From Patescibacteria group bacterium (GTDB lineage: Bacteria; Patescibacteriota; Microgenomatia; JAMCZE01): a stretch of DNA of 64,000 nucleotides. Position 1 is the stretch's first letter; each line of letters begins with the position of its first letter. Location: assembly GCA_023485845.1 (NCBI GenBank), contig JAMCZE010000010.1:20160-84159 (forward strand), given 5' to 3'. Positions 1 to 7,962 of the stretch are shown here, piece after piece. The notes under the pieces were generated by a model, which saw nothing but the letters and a program-made list of their open reading frames with translations, was not told the origin of the DNA and searched no databases. A program made the position numbers and the translations under genes.

Positions 1-2
1 AC

Positions 3-155
3 CCCAATGTCTATAAAGCGGCTGGCATTGACCCAAGAGGGTGGACCGGGTTTGCTTTCGGCATGGGCCTTTCCCGCCTGGCCCTTCTTAAAAACCAAAT
101 TGATGACTTACGGGTTTTAACCAACTCGGATTTGAGAATTCTTAAACAGTTCTAA
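3..155 (+). CDS. pheS: phenylalanine--tRNA ligase alpha subunit, C-terminal fragment (5' partial)
   Basis: Frame-3 translation ...[43 protein letters not shown] matches the conserved PheS C-terminus; pheT follows immediately downstream. Confidence 0.7.
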   Translation, partial: PNVYKAAGIDPRGWTGFAFGMGLSRLALLKNQIDDLRVLTNSDLRILKQF

Positions 156-250
156 TTCAAAACTCAAAAATCAAAATGCAAAATTGCAATTCAAAATTAA
201 TAATTTTAACTTGGACTTTTAACTTTTAAATTTTGATTTTTAAATTACTA
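153..250. repeat. AT-rich degenerate heptamer array (TCAAAAN units) in the pheS-pheT spacer; bases 153-197 are an exact 45-bp duplicate of 459-503
   Basis: Read directly: taattcaaaactcaaaaatcaaaatgcaaaattgcaattcaaaat occurs at 153-197 and again inside pheT; 205-250 nearly matches 52690-52735. Confidence 0.8.
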
Positions 251-252
251 TC

Positions 253-2220
253 ATGTTAATTCCATTAAGCTGGTTAAAAGAATACGTTGACATCAAAATC
301 CCGTTTAAGGATTTAGCGGAACGGTTGTCGGAAGTTGGCCTGACGGTCGAAACCTGGCACGAGCAGGACGGAGATATTATTTTTGACCCTGAGGTCACCC
401 CGAACCGACCGGATTGGATGAGCGTTTATGGGATTGCCAGGGAAATAGCCGCGGTCACTAATTCAAAACTCAAAAATCAAAATGCAAAATTGCAATTCAA
501 AATAAATAAATCTTTAAAAATTGATATTAAACAAAACTATGACTTAATCTCCCGGATGACGTCGGTAATCATCAAAGACGTCAAGGTGAAACAATCACCA
601 GAATGGCTGCAGAAGCGGATAAAACAAATCGGGTTACGACCGATTAATAATTTGGTGGATATCACCAACTATGTGTTGTGGGTTTATGGCAGTCCGTTGC
701 ATGTTTTTGATTATGACAAAATCCGCGGCCACCAGCTGATTGTGGAAAAATCGGCCGGCGGCGAAGCTTTCCGCAGTCTGGACGGCATTGATTATCATCT
801 GCCCAATGGCGCCATCATTATTAAAGATCTCGGCCGAATTGTCGATTTGCCACCGATTAAAGGCGGGCAGAACACGGCTGTCTCGACGGAAACGAAAACC
901 GTGTTGTTACACTCGGTGGTTTGCAATCCAATTCTTTCCCGGCGGGCATCCCAAGCCCTGGGGGTGCGCAGTGACTCGTCAGCCGTTTCCGAACGGGGAG
1001 TGGATCCAAACGGGACAGTGGCCGCCGTTGATCTTGCCCTGTCCTTAGTCTTAGAACTAGCCGGCGGGCAAGTGGCCAGTGAAATTATGGATCACAAAAC
1101 GCAAGAGTTTGCCCCCTGGACCGTGGAAATGTCTCATGACCGGCTGGAGAAAATCTTAGGGATCAAAATTTCTTCGCGGGAAGTTAAGGACATTCTAACT
1201 CGGCTGGGCTTAGAAGTGGCGGGGGAATATAAGGTGACGGTGCCAACCTTTCGGGACGACCTCCACATTGAAGAAGATTTGATCGAAGAGGTGGGGCGGA
1301 TCCATGGTTATAACAATTTCCCCAAAACTCTGCCGGCCGGGCCGGTGTCCACCGCCCCGGTGGCCTACGCCCGCGACTTTGATTTAGAATTTCGCGTCAA
1401 GAGTCTGCTTAAAGGCGACGGCTACAGCGAAATTTACACTTATTCGCTGGTGGGGGAAAGACAACTGGTTGATCTTGGCATTGATCCGGGCAAAACCCTG
1501 CGCGTGGACAACCCCATCTCCCGCGATTTTGAATATCTGCGGCCGCGGATGATCGGCAATCTTCTGGAAGCGATGAAACTTAACCAAGCAAATTTTTCCG
1601 ACATCCGCCTTTATGAATTAGGTAAACACTACACCGGACCGACGATTGGCAAAGCCAAAGAAGAGTATTGGCTTAGCGGCGCCCAGACTGGAGAGAAATT
1701 TTATGAAGTGAAGGGAATAATCGAGACACTGCTAATCCAATTTGGCGTGCCTTACGAAATTAAACCGGACAACACTTCTGCCCAGGGCCACCCGGGGCGC
1801 AGCGCGGTGATTTCATCCGGGGATAAACTTTTGGGCTATCTGGGAGAAATGCACCCGGCGCTGCTCGCGCGGTTTGGAATTAAGGGCCATGTCAGCGGCT
1901 TTACAATTAATTACGATACATTCACATCTCTGGTTAATTTAAATAAAAAATACCGCCCTATTTCCAAGTTTCCGGCGGTGGTGCAGGATGTGTCGTTAAT
2001 TATTCCAGAAAAAGTCCTTTATGGCGACGTGCTGGAAGCAATTTGGTCAACTAGCAAATTAATTGCCGACGTCCAGTTACTCGATAAACATGAGCAAAGC
2101 ACCACGTTGCGAATCACGTTTCAGGACACGACAAAAAATCTGACTGACAGAGAAGTTAACGAGCTTCGGGCAAAAATTTTAAAGAAATTAGCGGAATTAG
2201 GAGTTAAGAACAAGGACTAG
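253..2220 (+). CDS. pheT: phenylalanine--tRNA ligase beta subunit
   Basis: 655-aa ORF; the N-terminus MLIPLSWLKEYVDI... and overall organization are typical of PheT; it directly follows pheS. Confidence 0.85.
   Translation: MLIPLSWLKEYVDIKIPFKDLAERLSEVGLTVETWHEQDGDIIFDPEVTPNRPDWMSVYGIAREIAAVTNSKLKNQNAKLQFKINKSLKIDIKQNYDLISRMTSVIIKDVKVKQSPEWLQKRIKQIGLRPINNLVDITNYVLWVYGSPLHVFDYDKIRGHQLIVEKSAGGEAFRSLDGIDYHLPNGAIIIKDLGRIVDLPPIKGGQNTAVSTETKTVLLHSVVCNPILSRRASQALGVRSDSSAVSERGVDPNGTVAAVDLALSLVLELAGGQVASEIMDHKTQEFAPWTVEMSHDRLEKILGIKISSREVKDILTRLGLEVAGEYKVTVPTFRDDLHIEEDLIEEVGRIHGYNNFPKTLPAGPVSTAPVAYARDFDLEFRVKSLLKGDGYSEIYTYSLVGERQLVDLGIDPGKTLRVDNPISRDFEYLRPRMIGNLLEAMKLNQANFSDIRLYELGKHYTGPTIGKAKEEYWLSGAQTGEKFYEVKGIIETLLIQFGVPYEIKPDNTSAQGHPGRSAVISSGDKLLGYLGEMHPALLARFGIKGHVSGFTINYDTFTSLVNLNKKYRPISKFPAVVQDVSLIIPEKVLYGDVLEAIWSTSKLIADVQLLDKHEQSTTLRITFQDTTKNLTDREVNELRAKILKKLAELGVKNKD
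459..503. repeat. 45-bp exact copy of the upstream intergenic repeat, inserted in-frame in pheT (encodes [15 protein letters not shown])
   Basis: Identical string to 153-197; the translation is low-complexity K/N/Q-rich. Confidence 0.8.
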
Positions 2221-4777
2221 CTGACCCAGAGGCGGCCGGGGAGTTCCAGTCGGCATTAACCCCAATGGTGATGTTTGTTTCTCCGGTATTGCCGGCCGAG
2301 TCAGTGCCTTTAACCTTGACTGTGTGGGAACTATTTGACAGACAAATCGTCTCATCAAGATTATCGGTGGACTTGCTCACTTTTTGGTTGCCGTCAATAA
2401 AAAGGGTCATGTTGACAATGTCATGAGTGGAAAAAGCCCGGGCTTTAAACTCCACATTGTTATTTGTTAGATTCTGGTGATCCTGCGGCGTGTCAATCAG
2501 GGTGCTCACGGAATCGCTGTTGGCGGTGGAGGTGTCCGTTGGTGGATGATAGCGGGAGTCACCGGCTTGGTTAGCAGCAATCCAATCATCAATGGCTTGC
2601 TGCCAACGGTTGGTTCCGGACGCACTCACCGGATCGTCTTCGGCAATAACAATGAACTCTTTGGAGTCATATTGGCCGGTTTTAACCTGTAAATCATTGG
2701 CCAGTTTCCCATCCGCCTTGGCGATTTTCAGGGTTTTATAGATCGGGCTGACGGCTGTCGGCTCTGTTCCCTTAATAAAATACTCTGCCCGGGTGGGATC
2801 GCTGCCATGGGGCAGGCCGCCGCCTAAAGCATCAACGGTGACCGCCACCACGTCATCCGGTTTTTGGAATGGTTGGTCGGGCTTGCCGGCCAGGGCGGCT
2901 TTCATTATTCGGTTCCAAATTGGAGACGCGCCGGTCACCCCGGAGGCAATTGCCTGGTTCATGACCGTGTTGTCGTTGTTGCCCACCCAAACACCAACCA
3001 CCAGCGAAGGGGTGTAGCCCACCGTCCAGTTGTCACGCTTCAAATCAGTGGTTCCTGTTTTCACCGCCACCGTGTGGCCGGGAATCTGGAGCAAATTAAC
3101 CGGCCCAAAAACCGTTTCCCGCGCGTTATTGTCCGACAGAATATGGGAAATTAAAAAACTTACGCCGGTGGAAAACACCCGCCGGCCAGTGACCTGGTGA
3201 TAGTCATAAAGCACATTGCCTTTACTATCCGTCACTTTGAGAATGGCTACGGGGTCATTCCTCACTCCGCCGGTGGCAAAAACGCCATAAGCGCTGGTCA
3301 GATCCAACAGGCGCACCTCACGGCCCCCCAAAGCCAGGGACAAGCCGACGTTGCTCATGTTGGCCGTTGTCGGCTCCCAAGTGGAAATGCCGGCATTGTA
3401 GCCATTAGTCATAATGTCCTTTAGCCCTGCCAGGGCGGTGAGCTTGACGGCAATGGTGTTAATGGAATTGCCAAGGGCAAAGCGTAGCTGCATCAGCCCG
3501 CGATATTTGCCGTCATAGTTTTCCGGGGTGTAAAGCGCGTTAGGATTAGCCGGGTCACCAGACGGGTAGGAAGTTTTGACGTCCATGAGCATCGTGGCTG
3601 GCGTATAGCCCTTAGTAAAGGCAGTGGCATAAATAAAGGGCTTGCCGGAAGAACCCGGCTGGCGCAGGGCGGTCGCGACATTATAGGAACCGTAGTCCTT
3701 GTCGAAATAATCATAGGACCCGTCCATCGCCAGAATTTCTCCGGTTTGGGGATTAATCGCCACCGCCGCTCCGTTGGTGGCATGGAGATATTTAATTTTG
3801 TTGACCTCCTGGTTAACAATTTGCTCCACTTGTTGCTCTAAATCCAGGTCCAAAGTGGTGGTCACCCGCAAACCGCCGGACTCTACCATCTGTTCCCCAA
3901 AGCGCGCCACCAGCTGGTCCCGGACATAAAAGACAAAATGGGGAGCGTTAATGGTGCCGGAAATCGTGGCAAATTTAACATTTGGCAGCTGCTTATCCGC
4001 ATCCGATTCCTGCTGGGCGGAAATGTAGCCGTCTTCGCGCATCCGGCGCAGCACGTCGCGGGTTCGGTCCACATAGGCCGTCGAGTGTTCACCAAGCGGC
4101 GAGTAGTAGCTGGGGGATTGCGGCAGACCGGCAAGAATTGCCGACTCCACCAGATCCAAATCCTTAGCATCTTTGCCGAAATAAGTTTTAGCTGCCGATT
4201 CAATGCCATAGGCCGAACCGCCATAGGGGATCTCGTTTAAATACATCTGCAGGATTTGGTCTTTAGAAAACTTTTTCTCGATTTCGTTGGCCAGAATAAT
4301 TTCTCTAACCTTGCGCAAAATTGTTTGTTCCGGAGACAAAAGAACATTTTTAACTAATTGCTGGGTGATAGTGGACCCGCCGGACAGACCTTGCAGGGTG
4401 ACAATGTCGAAAGCCGCCCGGGCGATGCCGGTGACGCTGAAGCCACCGTGCTGGTAAAAATTTTTGTCTTCAATAGAGACGGTGGCTTCCTGGACATATT
4501 TAGGAATGTCGGACAATTGCAATGGGATGCGGTTTTCGCCGTTATAAAGATCGTAAAGGACTTTGCCGTTGCGGTCGTAAATCACCGTGGAGAAGCCCTG
4601 CTGACGCACGATTTTGTTCGGGTCGGGCAATCCAAAGGAAAAAACGGTGAAGACCAGGGTGGTCACCAGGAACAAGCCAATGACCCCCAAGAAGGCTCCG
4701 ACCGAGGCCATTTTCAACAATTTCACCCGTCCCACGGGCGAATACCACATCCGTCTGTACCTTGCAAACATACGCAC
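2204..4777 (-). CDS. class A penicillin-binding protein (transglycosylase + transpeptidase), with a C-terminal extension
   Basis: 857 aa; N-terminal TM segment, GT51-like region (EDKNFYQHGGFS, TITQQLVKN), then a transpeptidase region; the C-terminal ~150 aa are Ser/Thr-rich and Ig-like. Confidence 0.85.
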   Translation of the reverse strand: MRMFARYRRMWYSPVGRVKLLKMASVGAFLGVIGLFLVTTLVFTVFSFGLPDPNKIVRQQGFSTVIYDRNGKVLYDLYNGENRIPLQLSDIPKYVQEATVSIEDKNFYQHGGFSVTGIARAAFDIVTLQGLSGGSTITQQLVKNVLLSPEQTILRKVREIILANEIEKKFSKDQILQMYLNEIPYGGSAYGIESAAKTYFGKDAKDLDLVESAILAGLPQSPSYYSPLGEHSTAYVDRTRDVLRRMREDGYISAQQESDADKQLPNVKFATISGTINAPHFVFYVRDQLVARFGEQMVESGGLRVTTTLDLDLEQQVEQIVNQEVNKIKYLHATNGAAVAINPQTGEILAMDGSYDYFDKDYGSYNVATALRQPGSSGKPFIYATAFTKGYTPATMLMDVKTSYPSGDPANPNALYTPENYDGKYRGLMQLRFALGNSINTIAVKLTALAGLKDIMTNGYNAGISTWEPTTANMSNVGLSLALGGREVRLLDLTSAYGVFATGGVRNDPVAILKVTDSKGNVLYDYHQVTGRRVFSTGVSFLISHILSDNNARETVFGPVNLLQIPGHTVAVKTGTTDLKRDNWTVGYTPSLVVGVWVGNNDNTVMNQAIASGVTGASPIWNRIMKAALAGKPDQPFQKPDDVVAVTVDALGGGLPHGSDPTRAEYFIKGTEPTAVSPIYKTLKIAKADGKLANDLQVKTGQYDSKEFIVIAEDDPVSASGTNRWQQAIDDWIAANQAGDSRYHPPTDTSTANSDSVSTLIDTPQDHQNLTNNNVEFKARAFSTHDIVNMTLFIDGNQKVSKSTDNLDETICLSNSSHTVKVKGTDSAGNTGETNITIGVNADWNSPAASGSASPCS

Positions 4778-4799
4778 TCTAGTTTACCATATATTAACA

Positions 4800-5126
4800 A
4801 TGACCAAGAAACAGCAACCACCCAGCCTAGCCGATATCAGAAAATTATTCCAAGATAATAACAAAAGCCTTTTTAGTTTTATTGAGGAGCGGCTTAGGGC
4901 TAATGACCAAATCATTCTAGCGGCTTTCGACCGGGATATTCGATTGCTGGAAGGGAGACTAAATAGTTTAGAGACAAAAGTAGATAAGGGATTTGACGAA
5001 GTCAACAGGCGTTTTGACATCAACGACGACACTCATCAAGAAATCCTTCAAGTGGTCAGCGAGATGACGGACAAAAAAATTAAAGATCACGAGCGCCAAA
5101 AGCACATATTTTCGACTGTCAATTGA
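4800..5126 (+). CDS. small coiled-coil protein, paralog family member 1
   Basis: ATG at 4800 after the PBP start; shares the motif LE.KVDKGF.EVNRRFD with the ORF at 16442. Confidence 0.45.
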   Translation: MTKKQQPPSLADIRKLFQDNNKSLFSFIEERLRANDQIILAAFDRDIRLLEGRLNSLETKVDKGFDEVNRRFDINDDTHQEILQVVSEMTDKKIKDHERQKHIFSTVN

Positions 5127-5150
5127 CAACGAGAATTTTTCTGATAAAAT
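5123..5150 (+). promoter_or_regulatory. sigma70-like promoter (TTGACA, 16 nt spacer, TAAAAT) for the T-box leader
   Basis: Read directly from the sequence upstream of the leader. Confidence 0.4.
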
Positions 5151-5156
5151 AGGCAG

Positions 5157-5480
5157 ACAAGTTAATATTTAAAGGCTTTGATGGAGAAGCAGTAGAAACT
5201 TTAAGGTGACACCAGAGAAGAGGCGGTTGCTGCAAGACCTCTCGCACTTAAAGAATCGAATTACTCTCCGGAGCTGAAAGACTGAAATCACAGTAAGTTT
5301 TTCCGGGTAAGCCCGTGATAGCAGAAAAGCTGTGTCATTGAAAGATAGAGCAGTTTGAGGCTAATGGACGATCCCGCCTCAGCGGGATTTTTTAGTGCTT
5401 TAGTAAAGTAAGGTGGTACCGCGAGAAACCTCGCCCTTACCAATCGACCATGTTCATGGTTGGTGAGGGTGAGGTTTTTT
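5157..5480 (+). promoter_or_regulatory. T-box riboswitch leader (Tyr-specific inferred), with Stem III, antiterminator and intrinsic terminator
   Basis: T-box motif AAGGUGGUACCGCG at 5410-5423. Antiterminator: AAGG pairs with CCUU and GCGAG with CUCGC, flanking a UGGUACC bulge. A 13-bp terminator stem (5429-5441 with 5462-5474) is followed by T6 (5475-5480). Stem III hairpin cccgcctcagcggg at about 5372-5386. Candidate UAC specifier at 5262-5264. Confidence 0.7.
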
Positions 5481-5487
5481 GTGTTTT

Positions 5488-5574
5488 ACACGGGTGGCAG
5501 AGTGGTCAATTGCAACTCTCTGTAAAAGAGTCGCCCTAACAGGCTGCGAGGGTTCGAACCCCTCCCCGTGTACC
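5488..5574 (+). tRNA. tRNA-Tyr (anticodon GUA), long variable arm
   Basis: Hand-folded cloverleaf: 7-bp acceptor stem ACACGGG/CCCGTGT, D-arm with GG, anticodon stem ACTCT/AGAGT with loop CUGUAAA (GUA), a 16-nt variable arm, T-arm GAGGG-TTCGAAC-CCCTC, discriminator A, then CC (the terminal A of CCA is not encoded). Confidence 0.85.
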
Positions 5575-5587
5575 TATGAAGAAAGAT

Positions 5588-6505
5588 ATGGATACACTCA
5601 ATCATTCACAAACAATGAGCCACGAAGTGAAACGACTGTTTCCCGACACCAGGGAGCCAGAAAAGTTCGGTCAACTTTTTGGCATCACAGAACTGGGAAT
5701 GGGGCTAAGTTGCTCGCCGGAAACGATTAGGCGAGTCGGGTGGTGGTGGCTAGAGATAATGAAGTTAGGAATTAGCAATATGAAGACAAACGAAATAAAG
5801 CATGCCATTCGTAAAACCGCTTTGCTTGCCACCGAATCGGGCCAGTCCGTAGAATTTATTTCCACTCGCAGTCCCGATTTCATTCTTCATTTTACCGAGC
5901 ACCGTGAAGGACAACCAGAGCTTGGGCAGCGATCAATAGTGGCTCTCAATAAGCTTACCGAGATTAAACAAATATCAGAAAGATTTATACCAACCAAAGC
6001 AACGGTTTTTCTGGCCGATATTGCGCTGGCAAACGCTGATGATCCCCAGAACGGAATTCCAAGTAATTTCGCCGATGACTTATTAGATAGCAATTTGAAA
6101 GCGCTGCAATTGGCTTCTGCTAAAATTGACCCGTCGCTGGGCATCTCAAGACTGGGAGATATTGTCCACCCGTCCGGGAAGACCCGGAGAGACATTGTCG
6201 GGGTTGATGGGAATGGCAGTGCCTTCCGACAACTTACAGCCGATGCTTTTACGCATATTCGGGCGGTGGTCAAGGAAAGCTTGGAATTTCATCAAAAACT
6301 CGGTTGGTCTGAACGAGATGTTGAGGAACGAACAACGAAATTGGCAAAAGTTATGGCTACTGCTGGCCAAGCGTTTCATGCACAAAGGCCACGACCAATC
6401 ATGCTCTTTATGGAATCGTTTGTTAAAAGGGCTGCTTTTAATAACCTTCTAATTGACAGACGGGATCCACTTCCAATAATCTGCTTTAACGATCTGCGAC
6501 GATAG
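5588..6505 (+). CDS. hypothetical protein (no recognizable domain) located between tRNA-Tyr and tyrS
   Basis: 309-aa ORF in the tool frame; I chose the ATG at 5588, preceded by purine-rich GAAGAAAG, because the ATG at 5576 abuts the tRNA 3' end. Confidence 0.5.
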   Translation: MDTLNHSQTMSHEVKRLFPDTREPEKFGQLFGITELGMGLSCSPETIRRVGWWWLEIMKLGISNMKTNEIKHAIRKTALLATESGQSVEFISTRSPDFILHFTEHREGQPELGQRSIVALNKLTEIKQISERFIPTKATVFLADIALANADDPQNGIPSNFADDLLDSNLKALQLASAKIDPSLGISRLGDIVHPSGKTRRDIVGVDGNGSAFRQLTADAFTHIRAVVKESLEFHQKLGWSERDVEERTTKLAKVMATAGQAFHAQRPRPIMLFMESFVKRAAFNNLLIDRRDPLPIICFNDLRR

Positions 6506-6522
6506 CATATAATAGTGGTGTC

Positions 6523-7668
6523 ATGGATAAGATTGACGAATTGCTAGCCAGGGGGGTGGACAAAATTTATCCTTCAAAAGAGGCCCTGGAAAAGGTTCTG
6601 CGATCAGGGAAAAAACTTAGACTTTACCAAGGGTTTGATCCTACGGGGACCCAACTTCACATTGGTCATCTTGTTGGTTTCCGCAAATTACGACAATGGC
6701 AAGATCTTGGACACCATGTGATTTTTCTGATTGGTGACGGCACCGGCCAGGCCGGTGACCCTTCTGGCAAGAGAGGAGCCAGAGAAAAATTCATGGAGAG
6801 AGATGAATTACGGGCAAACGCCAAGGACTACCTTATGCAGGTTGCCAAGATCGTTAATTTCGAGGGATCTAATCCGGTGGAAATCTTATACAATAGCGAC
6901 TGGCTTAATGAGTTAAAATTGGTTGATATTCTTCACATCGCCCAGAATTTCTCCGTTCAACAATTGATCGAACGGGATATGTATCAGGAACGTCTCAAAA
7001 GGGGAGAGCAAATTAATTTACGGGAGTTCCTCTATCCGCTTCTTCAAGGCTATGACTCTGTCGCAATGGACGTTGACTTGGAGCAGGGGGGGACTGATCA
7101 AACCTTTAATATGTTGGCCGGGCGGACGCTGGTTAAAAATATGCTCGGAAAGGAAAAGTTTGTTATGACCACACCCTTGTTGACAGACGCTGAGGGAAAC
7201 AAAATTGGGAAAAGCGAAGGAAATGTTATTGGAGTAACTGACCCACCAAGCGAACTTTTTGCTAAAATTATGTCCCTAAAAGATAGTGCTATTATAAATT
7301 GCTTCACCTTAATTACTGCATTGCCTCTCAATAGTGTCGCGCAGAAAGAAAATCGGCTAAAAGATGGTGAGAACCCAATCAATCTTAAAAAAGAATTAGC
7401 CGCACAGATTGTTTCTGAAGTGCATTCGCCGGCGGCGGCGAAGAAGGCGCAGGAGGAATTTGAAAAGACGTTTCAGAAAAGGGAAGTGGCGGCGGATTTG
7501 ATTGAAGAGGTTTCGGCGGCGCCGGGAAAGATCACTGACCGGTTGGTGGAGGCGGGGATTGTGGCCAGCAAATCCGAGGCCAAACGGCTGGAAGACCAGG
7601 GGGCAATTGAAGAAATTGAACCAAATCTATATCGGATCGGAAAAAGGAAATTCATCAGATTCAAATGA
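6523..7668 (+). CDS. tyrS: tyrosine--tRNA ligase
   Basis: GFDPTGTQLHIGH (HIGH motif), KIGKS (KMSKS-type motif), C-terminal S4-like domain. Confidence 0.9.
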   Translation: MDKIDELLARGVDKIYPSKEALEKVLRSGKKLRLYQGFDPTGTQLHIGHLVGFRKLRQWQDLGHHVIFLIGDGTGQAGDPSGKRGAREKFMERDELRANAKDYLMQVAKIVNFEGSNPVEILYNSDWLNELKLVDILHIAQNFSVQQLIERDMYQERLKRGEQINLREFLYPLLQGYDSVAMDVDLEQGGTDQTFNMLAGRTLVKNMLGKEKFVMTTPLLTDAEGNKIGKSEGNVIGVTDPPSELFAKIMSLKDSAIINCFTLITALPLNSVAQKENRLKDGENPINLKKELAAQIVSEVHSPAAAKKAQEEFEKTFQKREVAADLIEEVSAAPGKITDRLVEAGIVASKSEAKRLEDQGAIEEIEPNLYRIGKRKFIRFK

Positions 7669-7962
7669 ACTTTTTTAGAAAACATTAGCGGCTCACCAAG
7701 GTGATTATTGCCATCGCCTCCTTAGGCTTGATTGCCTCCGCCTTTCTGCCATATATTGTTTCTCTACGCTGAGTTAAAATAATTGAGTGAAAGTTTGCAT
7801 TGACCAATCGGGAAAAATTGAAAGCACTTCCAAAAATGAAATTACGCTGGCCGAACTTCTCGAGGCAATAAAAAAGACCGAGGTCGGTAAACGACTGAAG
7901 GATACTTAAGCCAGGACTGGTTACCTGTGGGTCGGTATCCACTCGGCCGAATTTATTTTATC

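Noticed and set aside
740-1587. Internal ORFs (740-1048 +, 1384-1587 -) inside pheT
   Set aside because: Both lie entirely within the conserved pheT frame.
5160-5400. GGAGAAGCAG-like string suggested an SRP (4.5S) RNA or another housekeeping ncRNA
   Set aside because: The downstream consensus T-box motif with a textbook antiterminator/terminator pair explains the whole region as a T-box leader; the SRP similarity is only a short partial match.
5479-5730. 83-aa ORF with a TTG start
   Set aside because: It lies entirely over the tRNA-Tyr gene and the start of the next ORF; it is a spurious reading of tRNA sequence.
7685-7942. 85-aa minus-strand ORF between tyrS and recG
   Set aside because: No motif; it overlaps the recG start region. 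A short plus-strand fragment (...ITLAELLEAIKKTEVGKRLKD*) is also too short to call.
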